Source of the DNA: Bacillota bacterium
Lineage (GTDB): Bacteria; Bacillota; Sulfobacillia; JAJZYS01; JAJYTV01
NCBI GenBank assembly: GCA_021793315.1
Contig: JAJYSZ010000003.1
Coordinates: 11,032 to 75,031 of the forward strand
Direction: 5' to 3'
Length of the DNA: 64,000 nucleotides
Part shown: positions 27,561-36,662 of the stretch, one piece after another
How positions within the stretch are numbered: position 1 is the first letter of the stretch
Layout: each line of letters begins with the position of its first letter
Notes under the pieces: model-generated
What the model saw: the letters and a program-made list of their open reading frames with translations, nothing else
Told to the model about the DNA's origin: nothing
The model's database searches: none
Translations under genes and position numbers: made by a program

Positions 27561-27578
27561 TTGTGAACCAATGCACGA
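27561..27578. promoter_or_regulatory. Rex/Crp-Fnr-type operator
   Basis: TTGTGAA-CCAA-TGCACGA upstream of membrane protein copy 3. Confidence 0.65.
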
Positions 27579-27971
27579 AAGGACGCTGCCTCCGGCCTCA
27601 TTGCAGCCAGGAAAAAGGTCTATGCCCAACGGCAACGAGCGAAACCGAGAGCGTCGGCGCAAGCACATGTTGGCGACACGGGCGTAGCCGTTCACCTTCC
27701 TGGAGGTCCGAAAATCGCAAGGCAGCGGGCGAGCGCCCCTAGGCCAAACGGGGCATGCATGCGCAAGCCGCCACCTGCGAATGCGCGGGAATCGCATCAG
27801 GATGCCGGAAAGGGAGTTTGCCCCTATGTGCGTCTTGAGAGAACGCCCGCGTCGGCACCCGGGACACGCGGGACCCAGCCTCAGGGAGGAGTTGCGACCA
27901 GCGGGCTTATCCATGCGGCACGCGGTCGCAGGGCAGTCCAGACGGCGGTGAGCGGAGAGTCGGGGGAAGAC

Positions 27972-28009
27972 AAAGCCGCTGCACCGGAGGGCTCCGGTGC
28001 AGCGGCTTT
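27972..28009. terminator. Intrinsic terminator after the lipoprotein gene
   Basis: AAAGCCGCTGCACCGGAG...CTCCGGTGCAGCGGCTTT. Confidence 0.8.
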
Positions 28010-28025
28010 AACATGGGCGTGGCTG

Positions 28026-28610
28026 CTAGCGGTTGCCGCCGTACTCCCCGACGACCTTGCCCTGGGCGAGCACGAAGTGGGCCACGCCCAGGTGTGCGGC
28101 GTTGGCCTGCGGCGGCAGCGTGACCACCGCGAGATCCTGATAGGACGAGCCGGGCAGCTTCAGGCCGAGCTTGCGCAGGCGAGACCCGGCAATGCGCCCG
28201 AGATGCGCTCCGACGACCTGCAGCTTGACGCGGCCAAGCGGACTTTTGCCAACGATCGCAAGGGCCGACGCCTGGACGTGCAACTGACTTGCGTGCGCCG
28301 CCGCAGCCGCCAGGTCGGGGTAGATCTGCAGCGTCTTGGCGCCACTCGGACCGCCGAGTACCCACACGGGCACCTTGGTGCCCGTGCGCTGGACGGTGAA
28401 GAGATAGGCAGGCGCACCGACGCTGCCCTCTTCGGGGAAGTCGGAAAGGACGCCGGCCGTGGAGATCGGATAGCTCAGTACTTTGGTGGCTCCCGGAATG
28501 GCGCTTAGGGCGCTGTTTTCGGCGGCGCTCGGCCCATTTGGGCTGCTGCCGCAGCCTGCGATGAGGAAGGCGGCGGCGAGGCCGAGGGCCAGCGTGCGGG
28601 ACTGACGCAA
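28026..28610 (-). CDS. Lipoprotein of unknown function
   Basis: AAGGAGG precedes TTG at 28610; MRQSRTLALGLAAAFLIAG-C lipobox. Confidence 0.75.
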   Translation of the reverse strand: MRQSRTLALGLAAAFLIAGCGSSPNGPSAAENSALSAIPGATKVLSYPISTAGVLSDFPEEGSVGAPAYLFTVQRTGTKVPVWVLGGPSGAKTLQIYPDLAAAAAHASQLHVQASALAIVGKSPLGRVKLQVVGAHLGRIAGSRLRKLGLKLPGSSYQDLAVVTLPPQANAAHLGVAHFVLAQGKVVGEYGGNR

Positions 28611-28701
28611 AGAGGGTCCTCCTTGTGCGGATGCTCGCCTTTCTCTTCGCGCTGGCCAGGGACGATCCCTCCGAGCGCGAGCCGCCAAAGGCTTCCTGCC
28701 G

Positions 28702-29958
28702 TCAGGCCACCTTGCGCACCTGGCGCACCAGGATCGAGCCGAGCAGGAAGAGCACGAACGTCACGGCAAAGAGCGAGCGGTAGCCGAGGCTGTAGCCCCA
28801 GTGGGGAATCACGACCGCCGCCATCGTCAGCCCGATCGTCGACGCGAGTACCTGCGGCAGTGTCGTGGAGGTACCCCAGATCCCCATATCCTTGGCGGTG
28901 TTCTTGGTAGGCAGCGTGTCCACGACCAGCGCATAGTCGGTCGAGGTGTAGGTGCCGTAACCCAGGCCGAACAGGGCGGCCGCGACATAGATGCCGGCCA
29001 TGGCATGCATGAAGACGAAGAGGAGCGACGAGAGCCCCATCAGGATGCCCGCGTACGTGACGAGGATCTTGCGCTTGCCGAGGCGATCGGAAAGGTAGCC
29101 GGCGCTCAGCACCGAGAGCAAGGCAGTCACCGTGAGTACGATAAGAATGAGGAAGACCGTTCCGGCCGGATTCTTGATGCCCATCACGAACTCCAGGTAG
29201 TAGGCGAGGTAGAACTCGAGCACGTAAAGGCCCATCATGACGAGAAAGCGTGTCACGTAGACCCACCAGAAGTCGCGGTACTCCGGTCCGCGAATGAGAA
29301 AGCTGCGCAGGAACGATGAAAGATTGAAGCGTTTCACCGCAGGCGGAACCGGTTCGCGCACGAAGAGCAATGTGACGAGAAGGCCGAGCAGCATGATGAC
29401 CGCTGTGGCATACCAGTACCCCATGCCGGCGAGGGATGTGGCGAGAAGGGCACCCACGATGACGGCGAGCTGGTTCCAGCTGCCCATGAAGCCGGAGGCC
29501 GTGCCCCGCTGCGCGTGTGGTACGAGATCGGGAATCAGGCCCGTATAGGCAGAGCCTGCGACGTTGTTGAAGAGTTGGACGCCGATGAAGCCGACCAGGA
29601 ACATCGCAAAGTTCGTGGCAAAGCCCATGAGAAGAAAGAACACGATATTGCCGATTACCCCGACCGCCATCTGCGCTCTGCGCCGACCTGACCGGAACTG
29701 CCAGCGATCCGAGATGGCGCCGAAGATGGGCGCCGCCAGGACCGCGACGATCGTCCCCACGAGGTTTACGATCGACAGATGCCCGGTGGACTCGGATGTG
29801 CCCACCAGCTCCATGACCTTTGCCGGCATGATAATAAGTAGGAGTCCGGTCCAGAGGGTGTTGTTGGAGAACCAATAGAAGGTCAGGGACAGAAGATTGC
29901 CGATACCGAGTCTTGGACGTCCGGGCCAGCCGAGGTAGGGGCTGTCCTCCGCGATCAA
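28702..29958 (-). CDS. MFS transporter
   Basis: GGAGG precedes TTG at 29958; PIFGAISDR...GRRR and GYLSDRLGKRK motifs; about 12 TM helices. Confidence 0.9.
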   Translation of the reverse strand: MIAEDSPYLGWPGRPRLGIGNLLSLTFYWFSNNTLWTGLLLIIMPAKVMELVGTSESTGHLSIVNLVGTIVAVLAAPIFGAISDRWQFRSGRRRAQMAVGVIGNIVFFLLMGFATNFAMFLVGFIGVQLFNNVAGSAYTGLIPDLVPHAQRGTASGFMGSWNQLAVIVGALLATSLAGMGYWYATAVIMLLGLLVTLLFVREPVPPAVKRFNLSSFLRSFLIRGPEYRDFWWVYVTRFLVMMGLYVLEFYLAYYLEFVMGIKNPAGTVFLILIVLTVTALLSVLSAGYLSDRLGKRKILVTYAGILMGLSSLLFVFMHAMAGIYVAAALFGLGYGTYTSTDYALVVDTLPTKNTAKDMGIWGTSTTLPQVLASTIGLTMAAVVIPHWGYSLGYRSLFAVTFVLFLLGSILVRQVRKVA

Positions 29959-31499
29959 GCGTATTCCTCCCCATGCGCCATGGGCGATTGATTGGCGCAA
30001 GACGCCCCAATACCTTCCCGTGCCCATGCGGAAGGAGAGTGGCCGAGTTCGCTGGCCAGGCCGGACACGGCATCCAAGACGGCGCCGGGCACATCGCTTG
30101 ACGCGAGTTCCTGCTCGCCGCGCAGACCGATCGCCCAGGCGACTTGCTCCAGCGCTTCGCGGCGGGCGGTCGGGGACGGCGGCAGGGCGGCATTGAGGTG
30201 CGACCAGGCCTTGGGCGCCTCTTGCCGGTGGACGTGGCAGAGCGCCTCCAGCAGGTGGAGATGTGCAGGCAGCTCCGGTAGCTCGAGCCTGGCGTCGGAA
30301 AAGGCGTGGAGGGCATCTTGCCAACGACGTAGGCGAAAGAGAGCCGCCGCCACCTCCAGCGGCCCTGGGGGAGGGCTCTGCCAGAGTTCCCCGGCCGGGC
30401 GGCCGGCGGCGAGGTGCAGCTCGACGAGCGCCTGGACGTGCGCGAGATCGTCCGGCTCGAGACGCACCGCCTGTGCCAGCGCCGCGAGGGCTTCGTCGTG
30501 GCGCCCGAGTTCGCCAAGCAGCCGGCCAAGCGTGCGCCAGGCCTGCGCACCGCCTAGCCTGGGGTCCGCGCCGTCGTAGGGAGGCGTCTGGGCGGGACCG
30601 AGGGCGATCGCTCGCCGCAGGTGGCGCTCTCCCTCGCGGGGTCGCCCTGCGCGAAGGAGGAGCACGCCGGCCAGATAGTGGAGATCGGTGAAGCGGGGGA
30701 AATGCCGCAAAGCCTCGAGCACGAGATGGCGCGCATCGTCTTCGCGCCCTGCCTGCCAGAGCGCCGAAACCTCGAGCTTGAACAGCCTGCTCTGCCACGG
30801 CTCCACCGCCACGGTGAGGCTGCGGGCCCGCTGCAATTCGGCGGCCGCCGCGTCAAAGTCGCCCTGCGCGAGGTGCTCCACTCCCAGGGCGTAAGCGGAG
30901 AACGCGTCCTCCGGCCGTTCCGCGACCTCTTCCTGCGCCAGCCGCAGGTTGCGCGCCTTCTTGTCGCGATCGTCCACGAACTGCGGCAGGTAGCCGCGAT
31001 GGATGATGGCCACCGGCGCAGCGGAGATGGGACCGTGGGGGCGCGCGGCCAGCAGGCTGCCGATCACCTGCTCATGCAGCCTGCGCTCGTAGTGGATGCC
31101 AGGCAGGCGCCGGAAGAGGCGCACCGCGCTGTGGCGCTCTTCGCGGCCGCCTGCCAGGAGGTTGCGGATCGGTACTTGGGCGGCGACCGCCGACGTCCGG
31201 CGAAGCCAGCTCCGCAGCGTTGCGGGGTCGCCGTCGAGACGCTCGTCGGCGTCCAGCACCAGCACCCACTTGCCATGCGCCGCGGACAGCGAAGCGTTGC
31301 GCGCCTGGGCGAAGTCCCCTTGCCAGGGCGACTCGACGACCACCGCACCGAACGACCGCGCCACCTCCTGGCTGTGGTCGCTGGAACCGGTGTCCGCGAC
31401 GACGATCTCGTCGACCGCGGCCTGCGCGGAGCGGAGACATTCCGCAAGCTCCGCCTCTTCGTCGCGCACGATCATGCAGAGAGTAAGCAGCAAAGGCAA
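29955..31499 (-). CDS. GT2 glycosyltransferase with TPR repeats
   Basis: LCMIVRDEE, VADTGSSD, DFAQARN, LDADE, HEQ, then TPR-like helices. Confidence 0.9.
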   Translation of the reverse strand: MPLLLTLCMIVRDEEAELAECLRSAQAAVDEIVVADTGSSDHSQEVARSFGAVVVESPWQGDFAQARNASLSAAHGKWVLVLDADERLDGDPATLRSWLRRTSAVAAQVPIRNLLAGGREERHSAVRLFRRLPGIHYERRLHEQVIGSLLAARPHGPISAAPVAIIHRGYLPQFVDDRDKKARNLRLAQEEVAERPEDAFSAYALGVEHLAQGDFDAAAAELQRARSLTVAVEPWQSRLFKLEVSALWQAGREDDARHLVLEALRHFPRFTDLHYLAGVLLLRAGRPREGERHLRRAIALGPAQTPPYDGADPRLGGAQAWRTLGRLLGELGRHDEALAALAQAVRLEPDDLAHVQALVELHLAAGRPAGELWQSPPPGPLEVAAALFRLRRWQDALHAFSDARLELPELPAHLHLLEALCHVHRQEAPKAWSHLNAALPPSPTARREALEQVAWAIGLRGEQELASSDVPGAVLDAVSGLASELGHSPSAWAREGIGASCANQSPMAHGEEYA

Positions 31500-31545
31500 C
31501 GCCCCCGGCGCAGGCTATGCGCGCCGGGGGCCGCTTGCCGCAACT

Positions 31546-32400
31546 CTAGAAGCTCGGTCCCGCGAAGAGCTCTTCCACCAGCACGCCGCCCGTCACGGGC
31601 AGGACTGCGATGCCGGTCTGGGTGAAGGCCGAGTCGAGCAGGTTGGCCTTGTGGCCAGGATCGGACATCAGGTCGATCATGGCCCGCTGGATGGTCCCGG
31701 CTTCTGCGATGTTTTCCGCACCCATGGACTGGGCGCTGAAGCCGGCCGCGGTCTCCTGGTTGATCGGCCAGCCAAGGCGCGGCGAGTAGTGGGCCACGTA
31801 GCCGTAGGTGATCATGTCCTGTGCCTTGGCCAAGGCCAGCTGATCAAGGGTGGGGCTGTCGGCCAGCGCGCCGACTCCCGCCTGCTGGCGTGCCTGGTTG
31901 ACGAGCGACAGGAATTGCGCCGAGAGCGAGGCGCTGCTGTCGGGCGCGGTGCTGGGCGCACCCGCGTTGGACGAGGTTGCGCCGGTCGAGCCGGAGGCGC
32001 CCGATCCGGAGGTGGCCGCGCCGGATGCACCCGAGGAACCGGAGCTTGTCCCACCGGTCGACACGCCGCTCGGCGTCGGGGCCGGGGCCACCGGCTGGGA
32101 GACCCACTGGCCGAGCCCGGGCACGAAGTAGGACGTCGAGCCGACCGAGAAGGCGGAACCTGAAGCTGAGGTCGTCGCCGGCTGCGACGGGCTGGTGGAC
32201 GGCGTCGACGGCTGGGCCGGTGTCGTGCTCGGCTGCGGGAAGGTGAGCGACGTCGGTACGGTGACAAGCGGGCTGCCAAGAACCGCGCCGAAGTAGGTGG
32301 TGCTTCCCTGGCTCGTGTAGGTCGGGGCGGCAAAGGCGGGCACGGCCGGCAGGAGAAGCCCGGCGGCGGCGGCCAGCGGCAGGATGCGCAGCTTCTGCAA
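31546..32400 (-). CDS. Secreted CAP/SCP domain protein with Ser/Gly/Pro-rich linker
   Basis: Signal peptide ending PAFA; LVNQARQQAG, AKAQDM, HYSP, GAENIA, SDPGHKANLL. Confidence 0.88.
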   Translation of the reverse strand: MQKLRILPLAAAAGLLLPAVPAFAAPTYTSQGSTTYFGAVLGSPLVTVPTSLTFPQPSTTPAQPSTPSTSPSQPATTSASGSAFSVGSTSYFVPGLGQWVSQPVAPAPTPSGVSTGGTSSGSSGASGAATSGSGASGSTGATSSNAGAPSTAPDSSASLSAQFLSLVNQARQQAGVGALADSPTLDQLALAKAQDMITYGYVAHYSPRLGWPINQETAAGFSAQSMGAENIAEAGTIQRAMIDLMSDPGHKANLLDSAFTQTGIAVLPVTGGVLVEELFAGPSF

Positions 32401-32423
32401 GGAGACACCTCCTACGCCAGACT

Positions 32424-33329
32424 CTAGTCGCCGCTGGGATTTCGGACAAACGCGCCATCCCGCTGGGACGACTTCTCTTGTGCGATGGGCTCGTGGTTCC
32501 CTTGGCGATGTCGGCCAACCGCCAACTTTCCGGCAGGTGGGATATGCTCCTTCTCAAGCCATGGCTCAATGTCCCACGACGCGTAGCTGCCGTGGCGCAG
32601 CGTAGGCACCCCGTCCTGCTCCGCCAGCGCGACGTGCCGCCACGAGCCGTCCCGATAGAGCAGCCAGGCACCTGTCCCGACGCGTACGCACGGCCCCGCG
32701 TCGGTCTGCCGCAGGCGCGTCAAGGCTTCCGTCGGCAGAAGGAGCGGGGGCAGGGGCTGCCAGACCGTCCAGGGCGCCTGACGGTGCCAGAAGAGAAGCA
32801 GGCGGTCGGCAACGCCTCCCTGGTGGCGCACGGCCGCCAGCGGAGGGTCGCCCGCGAGCAGGAGAAGCTCGCGGGCTCTTGCCTCCGTCAGCCTCTGCAC
32901 GGAGACCCTGTCGTCTTGCCAGGAGAGGGCGTGCACGCCGTCCGGGAGGTCGAGAAGACTGAGGATCGGTCCCCCCTGCGGGGAGCCGAGCGCGGCCATT
33001 ATGGCTGGCACGGCCGGCAGGGCCAGACTGGTGCAGACACGATCCGACACCAGGCGAAGGATGCCACCGAAGTGGACCGCGACCAGAAGCCAGGGGTCTG
33101 CGGCAAGGGCGGCCAGGCCCGTCATCGGGGCTGTCGGCCCAGAGCCGGCAAGCGTTCCCTGGGCATCGAGCCAGAGGACGGGTCCTCCGGCCGCGCGAGG
33201 CGCGAGGACCGGCTGGACGGCGCCGGGCGGTGCAGTTGCGCAAGTTGCGCCAATGCGATACGCCAGCGTTTCGCCTCGCTGCCCGACCCAGGCGTCCCCC
33301 TGCGGCCAAATCAGCTGCGTCGCCTTCAT
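32424..33329 (-). CDS. Hypothetical protein
   Basis: 301-aa ORF that fills the gap and is co-oriented with the CAP gene; no motif recognised. Confidence 0.5.
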   Translation of the reverse strand: MKATQLIWPQGDAWVGQRGETLAYRIGATCATAPPGAVQPVLAPRAAGGPVLWLDAQGTLAGSGPTAPMTGLAALAADPWLLVAVHFGGILRLVSDRVCTSLALPAVPAIMAALGSPQGGPILSLLDLPDGVHALSWQDDRVSVQRLTEARARELLLLAGDPPLAAVRHQGGVADRLLLFWHRQAPWTVWQPLPPLLLPTEALTRLRQTDAGPCVRVGTGAWLLYRDGSWRHVALAEQDGVPTLRHGSYASWDIEPWLEKEHIPPAGKLAVGRHRQGNHEPIAQEKSSQRDGAFVRNPSGD

Positions 33330-33397
33330 GGACGGGTAACCTTACGAAACGCCTCGACATAGGAAGGATCGAGACCATGAAGGGGAGGGATCTCGCC

Positions 33398-33964
33398 TTG
33401 GCAGTAACACCGGGTCCTTGCCCGACAACCGGCTGTCCTGCACCCACGGAGATCGACTGCATCCTGGTCGACAAGGTGTTCGACTACTGCTACCAGGCCG
33501 ACACGACCGGCACCGTCTGTGCGCCCTACACGTGCACGGGCACCGTCACGGGAATCAGCTGCGCGGTGACCGACGCGTCCTGCAGTTTCCAAAGCAGCAC
33601 CTCCGCCGTCACCACCGACTACGTCAACGCGACGTTCCTGATCACCGCCACCGTCGAGTTCACCATCACGACCTCGGTCACGACCTGCACCACCACGGCG
33701 AGTGTGACCATGCTCAAGACGGTCACGCTTTGCGGCCCGACCGGTACCGCGCAAAGCTGCTCGGTGTTGAGTGCCTCGTGCGCGCCGCCCGCCCTCGTCA
33801 ACGGCACGATCTGCACGACGGTGACAATCTGCAGCACCTTCATCTCGACCGCCAGCGTCCAACTGCTGGTGCCCACCTACGGCTACTGCACGCCAGCGCC
33901 GTGCGTCACGCTGCCGCTCCCGCCGTGCCCGCCCAGCCCGCTCTTCCCGCCACAGTGCACGTGA
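33398..33964 (+). CDS. Cys/Thr-rich spore surface (exosporium CsxA-like) protein
   Basis: GGGAGG precedes TTG; IDCILVDKVFDYC and VQLLVPTYGYC...PC...CPP..LFPPQC patterns seen in clostridial exosporium proteins. Confidence 0.7.
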   Translation: MAVTPGPCPTTGCPAPTEIDCILVDKVFDYCYQADTTGTVCAPYTCTGTVTGISCAVTDASCSFQSSTSAVTTDYVNATFLITATVEFTITTSVTTCTTTASVTMLKTVTLCGPTGTAQSCSVLSASCAPPALVNGTICTTVTICSTFISTASVQLLVPTYGYCTPAPCVTLPLPPCPPSPLFPPQCT

Positions 33965-34039
33965 ACGCCGGGAGCCCGAACCACACAGGTTCGGGCTCCC
34001 TCCTTCTTCGGACCTGCGCACGGCAGGTCAGTGGTGGCG

Positions 34040-34855
34040 TCAGGGATACTGATGCACGCTGCCGGTGGCGGTCACCCCTTGCGAGGGCCACTGGTGCATG
34101 CTGCCGGTGGCGGTCACCCCCTGCAAGGGCCACTGGTGGAGGCTGTGCGCGGCAGGGGCCGAGGCGCCGACAGGGCGAGGAGGCATGGCTGCCCCGGGCA
34201 CCAGGTTCGCTGCGGACGGGAAGGTGCTGGTCGGCGAGAGGATGCGGTGGGCGCCGCCGGCGAAAAGCGCGGCATTGGCCGCTCTCGAGGCGATGGCGAG
34301 TGCGCTTTGCGCTGGCCCATACGCGACGAATGGAACCTGGCTGCGGGAGACGTTGGGCGCAACGGTGATCTGGGGAGCGAACGGGGCGCCCATGGCCACG
34401 GAATCGGCCTCCGCGACGGGCGGGCGCCGTTCGGCTGTGGAGATGAGCTGCGGAGTCGGGAGCTCCTGCACCGCGGGCACGACGGTCGGGCCCGGCACAT
34501 CCTCAGGGGCGGGCGGGACAAGCGGGGGAGTGGACGGCGTCCCGAGCACGGCAGGGCCGGCCGCTGGGGCAGGCGGAGGCTCCAGCTCCGCGGGCATGAG
34601 GTGTGCGGCGGACTGGGTCTCCCGTCCTGTGGGGGCGACGGCCGGAGTCTTCATGTCCCCTTGCGCGAGCACTTGCGGCGGCGCCGAGATCACGGGGACA
34701 GGGGGCGCAACCTGCCGCGCTGCAGGGGCGATCTGAAGCGGGGGCTCCGACGGCGCAGCCCCAACCTGCGGAGCGGGCGGGGTCTCGTGTGCCGCGGCCC
34801 TGCCCTCGAGCCAGCGGCCCAGTGCGTACGCTTTGCTGGCAAGCCACTGCGACAC
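34040..34855 (-). CDS. Pro/Ala-rich hypothetical protein with C-terminal 14-aa repeats
   Basis: AAGGAGG precedes GTG at 34855; low-complexity middle; ends HQWPLQGVTATGSM-HQWPSQGVTATGSV-HQYP. Confidence 0.6.
   Translation of the reverse strand: MSQWLASKAYALGRWLEGRAAAHETPPAPQVGAAPSEPPLQIAPAARQVAPPVPVISAPPQVLAQGDMKTPAVAPTGRETQSAAHLMPAELEPPPAPAAGPAVLGTPSTPPLVPPAPEDVPGPTVVPAVQELPTPQLISTAERRPPVAEADSVAMGAPFAPQITVAPNVSRSQVPFVAYGPAQSALAIASRAANAALFAGGAHRILSPTSTFPSAANLVPGAAMPPRPVGASAPAAHSLHQWPLQGVTATGSMHQWPSQGVTATGSVHQYP
34048..34140. repeat. 42-bp tandem direct repeat (2 copies plus a partial)
   Basis: actgRtgcaYgctgccggtggcggtcaccccYtgcRagggcc at 34048 and 34090; partial copy at 34132. Confidence 0.9.
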
Positions 34856-34939
34856 GACAGCGACCTCCTTGCCCGGCGCATAGCACCGGGCCCAGATGCG
34901 CCAGCATACGCCTTTGCGCGTCGCAGTGTGACGGTTTGC

Positions 34940-35818
34940 CTAGGCCAGGCCAGACCGCCGCAGGATGGACACATCCCCGCGGCGCTCACCGTGGCGCAGG
35001 TAGAGGCGCACGGCGGCGGGATCGCCGTGCGACGGGGCCGTCGTGTGCATTTCGGCGGTGCGTACGCCGCGGTTCCAAAGCACCTGCAGGGCTCGCAGCA
35101 GCAGATAGTTGCCGATGCCCTGGCCCCGCATGGCCGGGCGGACAAGCACACCGAACGTGGAGAAGTCTCCGGGGACCACTTCGCCGCTGCCTGTGCTGAC
35201 GAAGCCGATCAGCTCGCCGTTCTGGCGGGCGCCGATGAAGCGCTCGTCCCGAGGCGACTCGAACAGTCGTGCGAAATTGCGACGTGCCGCGATGTCGCCG
35301 CCCCAGTGGTCGAACAGCCAATCCCAGGAGCCGCGGTATGCGGCCACCGCGAGCCGCGCGTATTCCTCGGGGTTTGGGATTTCCTCGGCGAACGAAATGC
35401 CGCTGGGCGGATCCCCGGGCGGCGGCGCGGGCAGGCGCCAATGGATGTGGACGACGCGCCGCTGCACCGTAAAGCCGCGCTCCGCCAGCACCGCGGCCAT
35501 CGGCGAACCGGTCGGGGCGGCGGCCTGGATCGTTTCCGCACCCTGACCGATCGCGTGCTGGCTCAGCTCGTCGACGAGGGCGAGCAGAGGGCCGGCAGCG
35601 CCCGCAAGGTCGGTGAGCAGGGCAAGTCCGGAATGGGGGGCAATGCAGAGGCGGGCGGTCGCGACGACCTCATCGCCATGCTCCGCAAGCCACGTTTCGT
35701 GACTTGGGTAGACAAACAGATCGGCCTCATTGAGACCGCGCTGCGCATGCGGGTCCCAGCCGAGAGCGGCGAGCGCCTCGGCGTCGGAAGGAGTCGAGGA
35801 ACGCAAAATATAGGACAC
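34940..35818 (-). CDS. GNAT family N-acetyltransferase (two-domain)
   Basis: VLVRPAMRGQGIG acetyl-CoA motif and AVRLY; GTG at 35818 with a G-rich RBS. Confidence 0.8.
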   Translation of the reverse strand: MSYILRSSTPSDAEALAALGWDPHAQRGLNEADLFVYPSHETWLAEHGDEVVATARLCIAPHSGLALLTDLAGAAGPLLALVDELSQHAIGQGAETIQAAAPTGSPMAAVLAERGFTVQRRVVHIHWRLPAPPPGDPPSGISFAEEIPNPEEYARLAVAAYRGSWDWLFDHWGGDIAARRNFARLFESPRDERFIGARQNGELIGFVSTGSGEVVPGDFSTFGVLVRPAMRGQGIGNYLLLRALQVLWNRGVRTAEMHTTAPSHGDPAAVRLYLRHGERRGDVSILRRSGLA

Positions 35819-35939
35819 GGGGCTCCCCCTCGCGCCGACGGATAGTTCGGCAATTCGCCATGCCGCCCGCATCTCCCTGGCGGCGCAGGAAACAGGGCTC
35901 CGCCCCGCGAAGCCGGGAGCCGCGAAGGAGATGGCGTGA

Positions 35940-36662
35940 TTGTCGGTGATGTCCTTGAGGCCCGACATCCTGTCCGCACGGCGTGTTCTAGCCGTCCAGC
36001 CGCATCCCGACGACAACGAAATCGGCGCCGGTGCCCTGATCGCGCGGCTGTCAGACCTGGGACGCCTCGTGCGCTACATCACCGTCACGGACGGCAGCAT
36101 GGGAACCATGGACCCTGGGCGGATGCCGTCGGAGCTGGCACGTCTGCGCAAGGCTGAGGCCGATTCCGCCGCGCGGCTGCTCGGGGTCACGGAGAATCGC
36201 CACCTCGGCCATCGAGACCTGCTCGACAGCCCCATGCCTGACCTGCGCGCCGAGCTGATGGCGGAGATCGGGGAATTCCGACCGGACTTCATCCTGACCT
36301 GCGACCCATGGCTTCCCTACGAGTCCCACCCAGATCACCGCGCAGTCGGCCTGGCCGTGGCCGAAGCAGTCAGCTTTCTCCAGTTTCCGCACGTTCCGGG
36401 TGCGCCGCAAGACGCTCCGGCGCAGCCGATGGTGGCCTTCTACGCCAGCGGCCAGCCGAACGTGCAGATCCCCGCCGGGGCGTACTGGCAGCGCAAGTGG
36501 GACGCGGTCGGCCTACATCGGACGCAATTTCCGCCCCAGGCGCTGATGCAGCTCAGGGCCTTCGCCGAGAGCCTGTCGCAAGGCGAGGAAGGCTTCTTCG
36601 AGGCCTTCAAGGTGCTGCACCCCTTCTTCCTGCACTTCAACCCGGCGGCGGTCCTGGCATGA
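35940..36662 (+). CDS. PIG-L family deacetylase (diacetylchitobiose deacetylase-like)
   Basis: QPHPDD, TDGSMG, RKAEA, ESHPDH, HRTQF. Confidence 0.92.
   Translation: MSVMSLRPDILSARRVLAVQPHPDDNEIGAGALIARLSDLGRLVRYITVTDGSMGTMDPGRMPSELARLRKAEADSAARLLGVTENRHLGHRDLLDSPMPDLRAELMAEIGEFRPDFILTCDPWLPYESHPDHRAVGLAVAEAVSFLQFPHVPGAPQDAPAQPMVAFYASGQPNVQIPAGAYWQRKWDAVGLHRTQFPPQALMQLRAFAESLSQGEEGFFEAFKVLHPFFLHFNPAAVLA

Noticed and set aside
27790-27840. GGGCAAAC on the minus strand as a c-di-GMP-I riboswitch (similar fragments at 5097-5180)
   Set aside because: The GNRA-capped P2 stem and the correctly placed GACGCAAA/P3 elements are not present together.
34048-34140. Direct repeats as a possible CRISPR array
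   Set aside because: The repeats are contiguous with no spacers, have a period of 42 bp (in frame with a CDS), and no cas genes are present.
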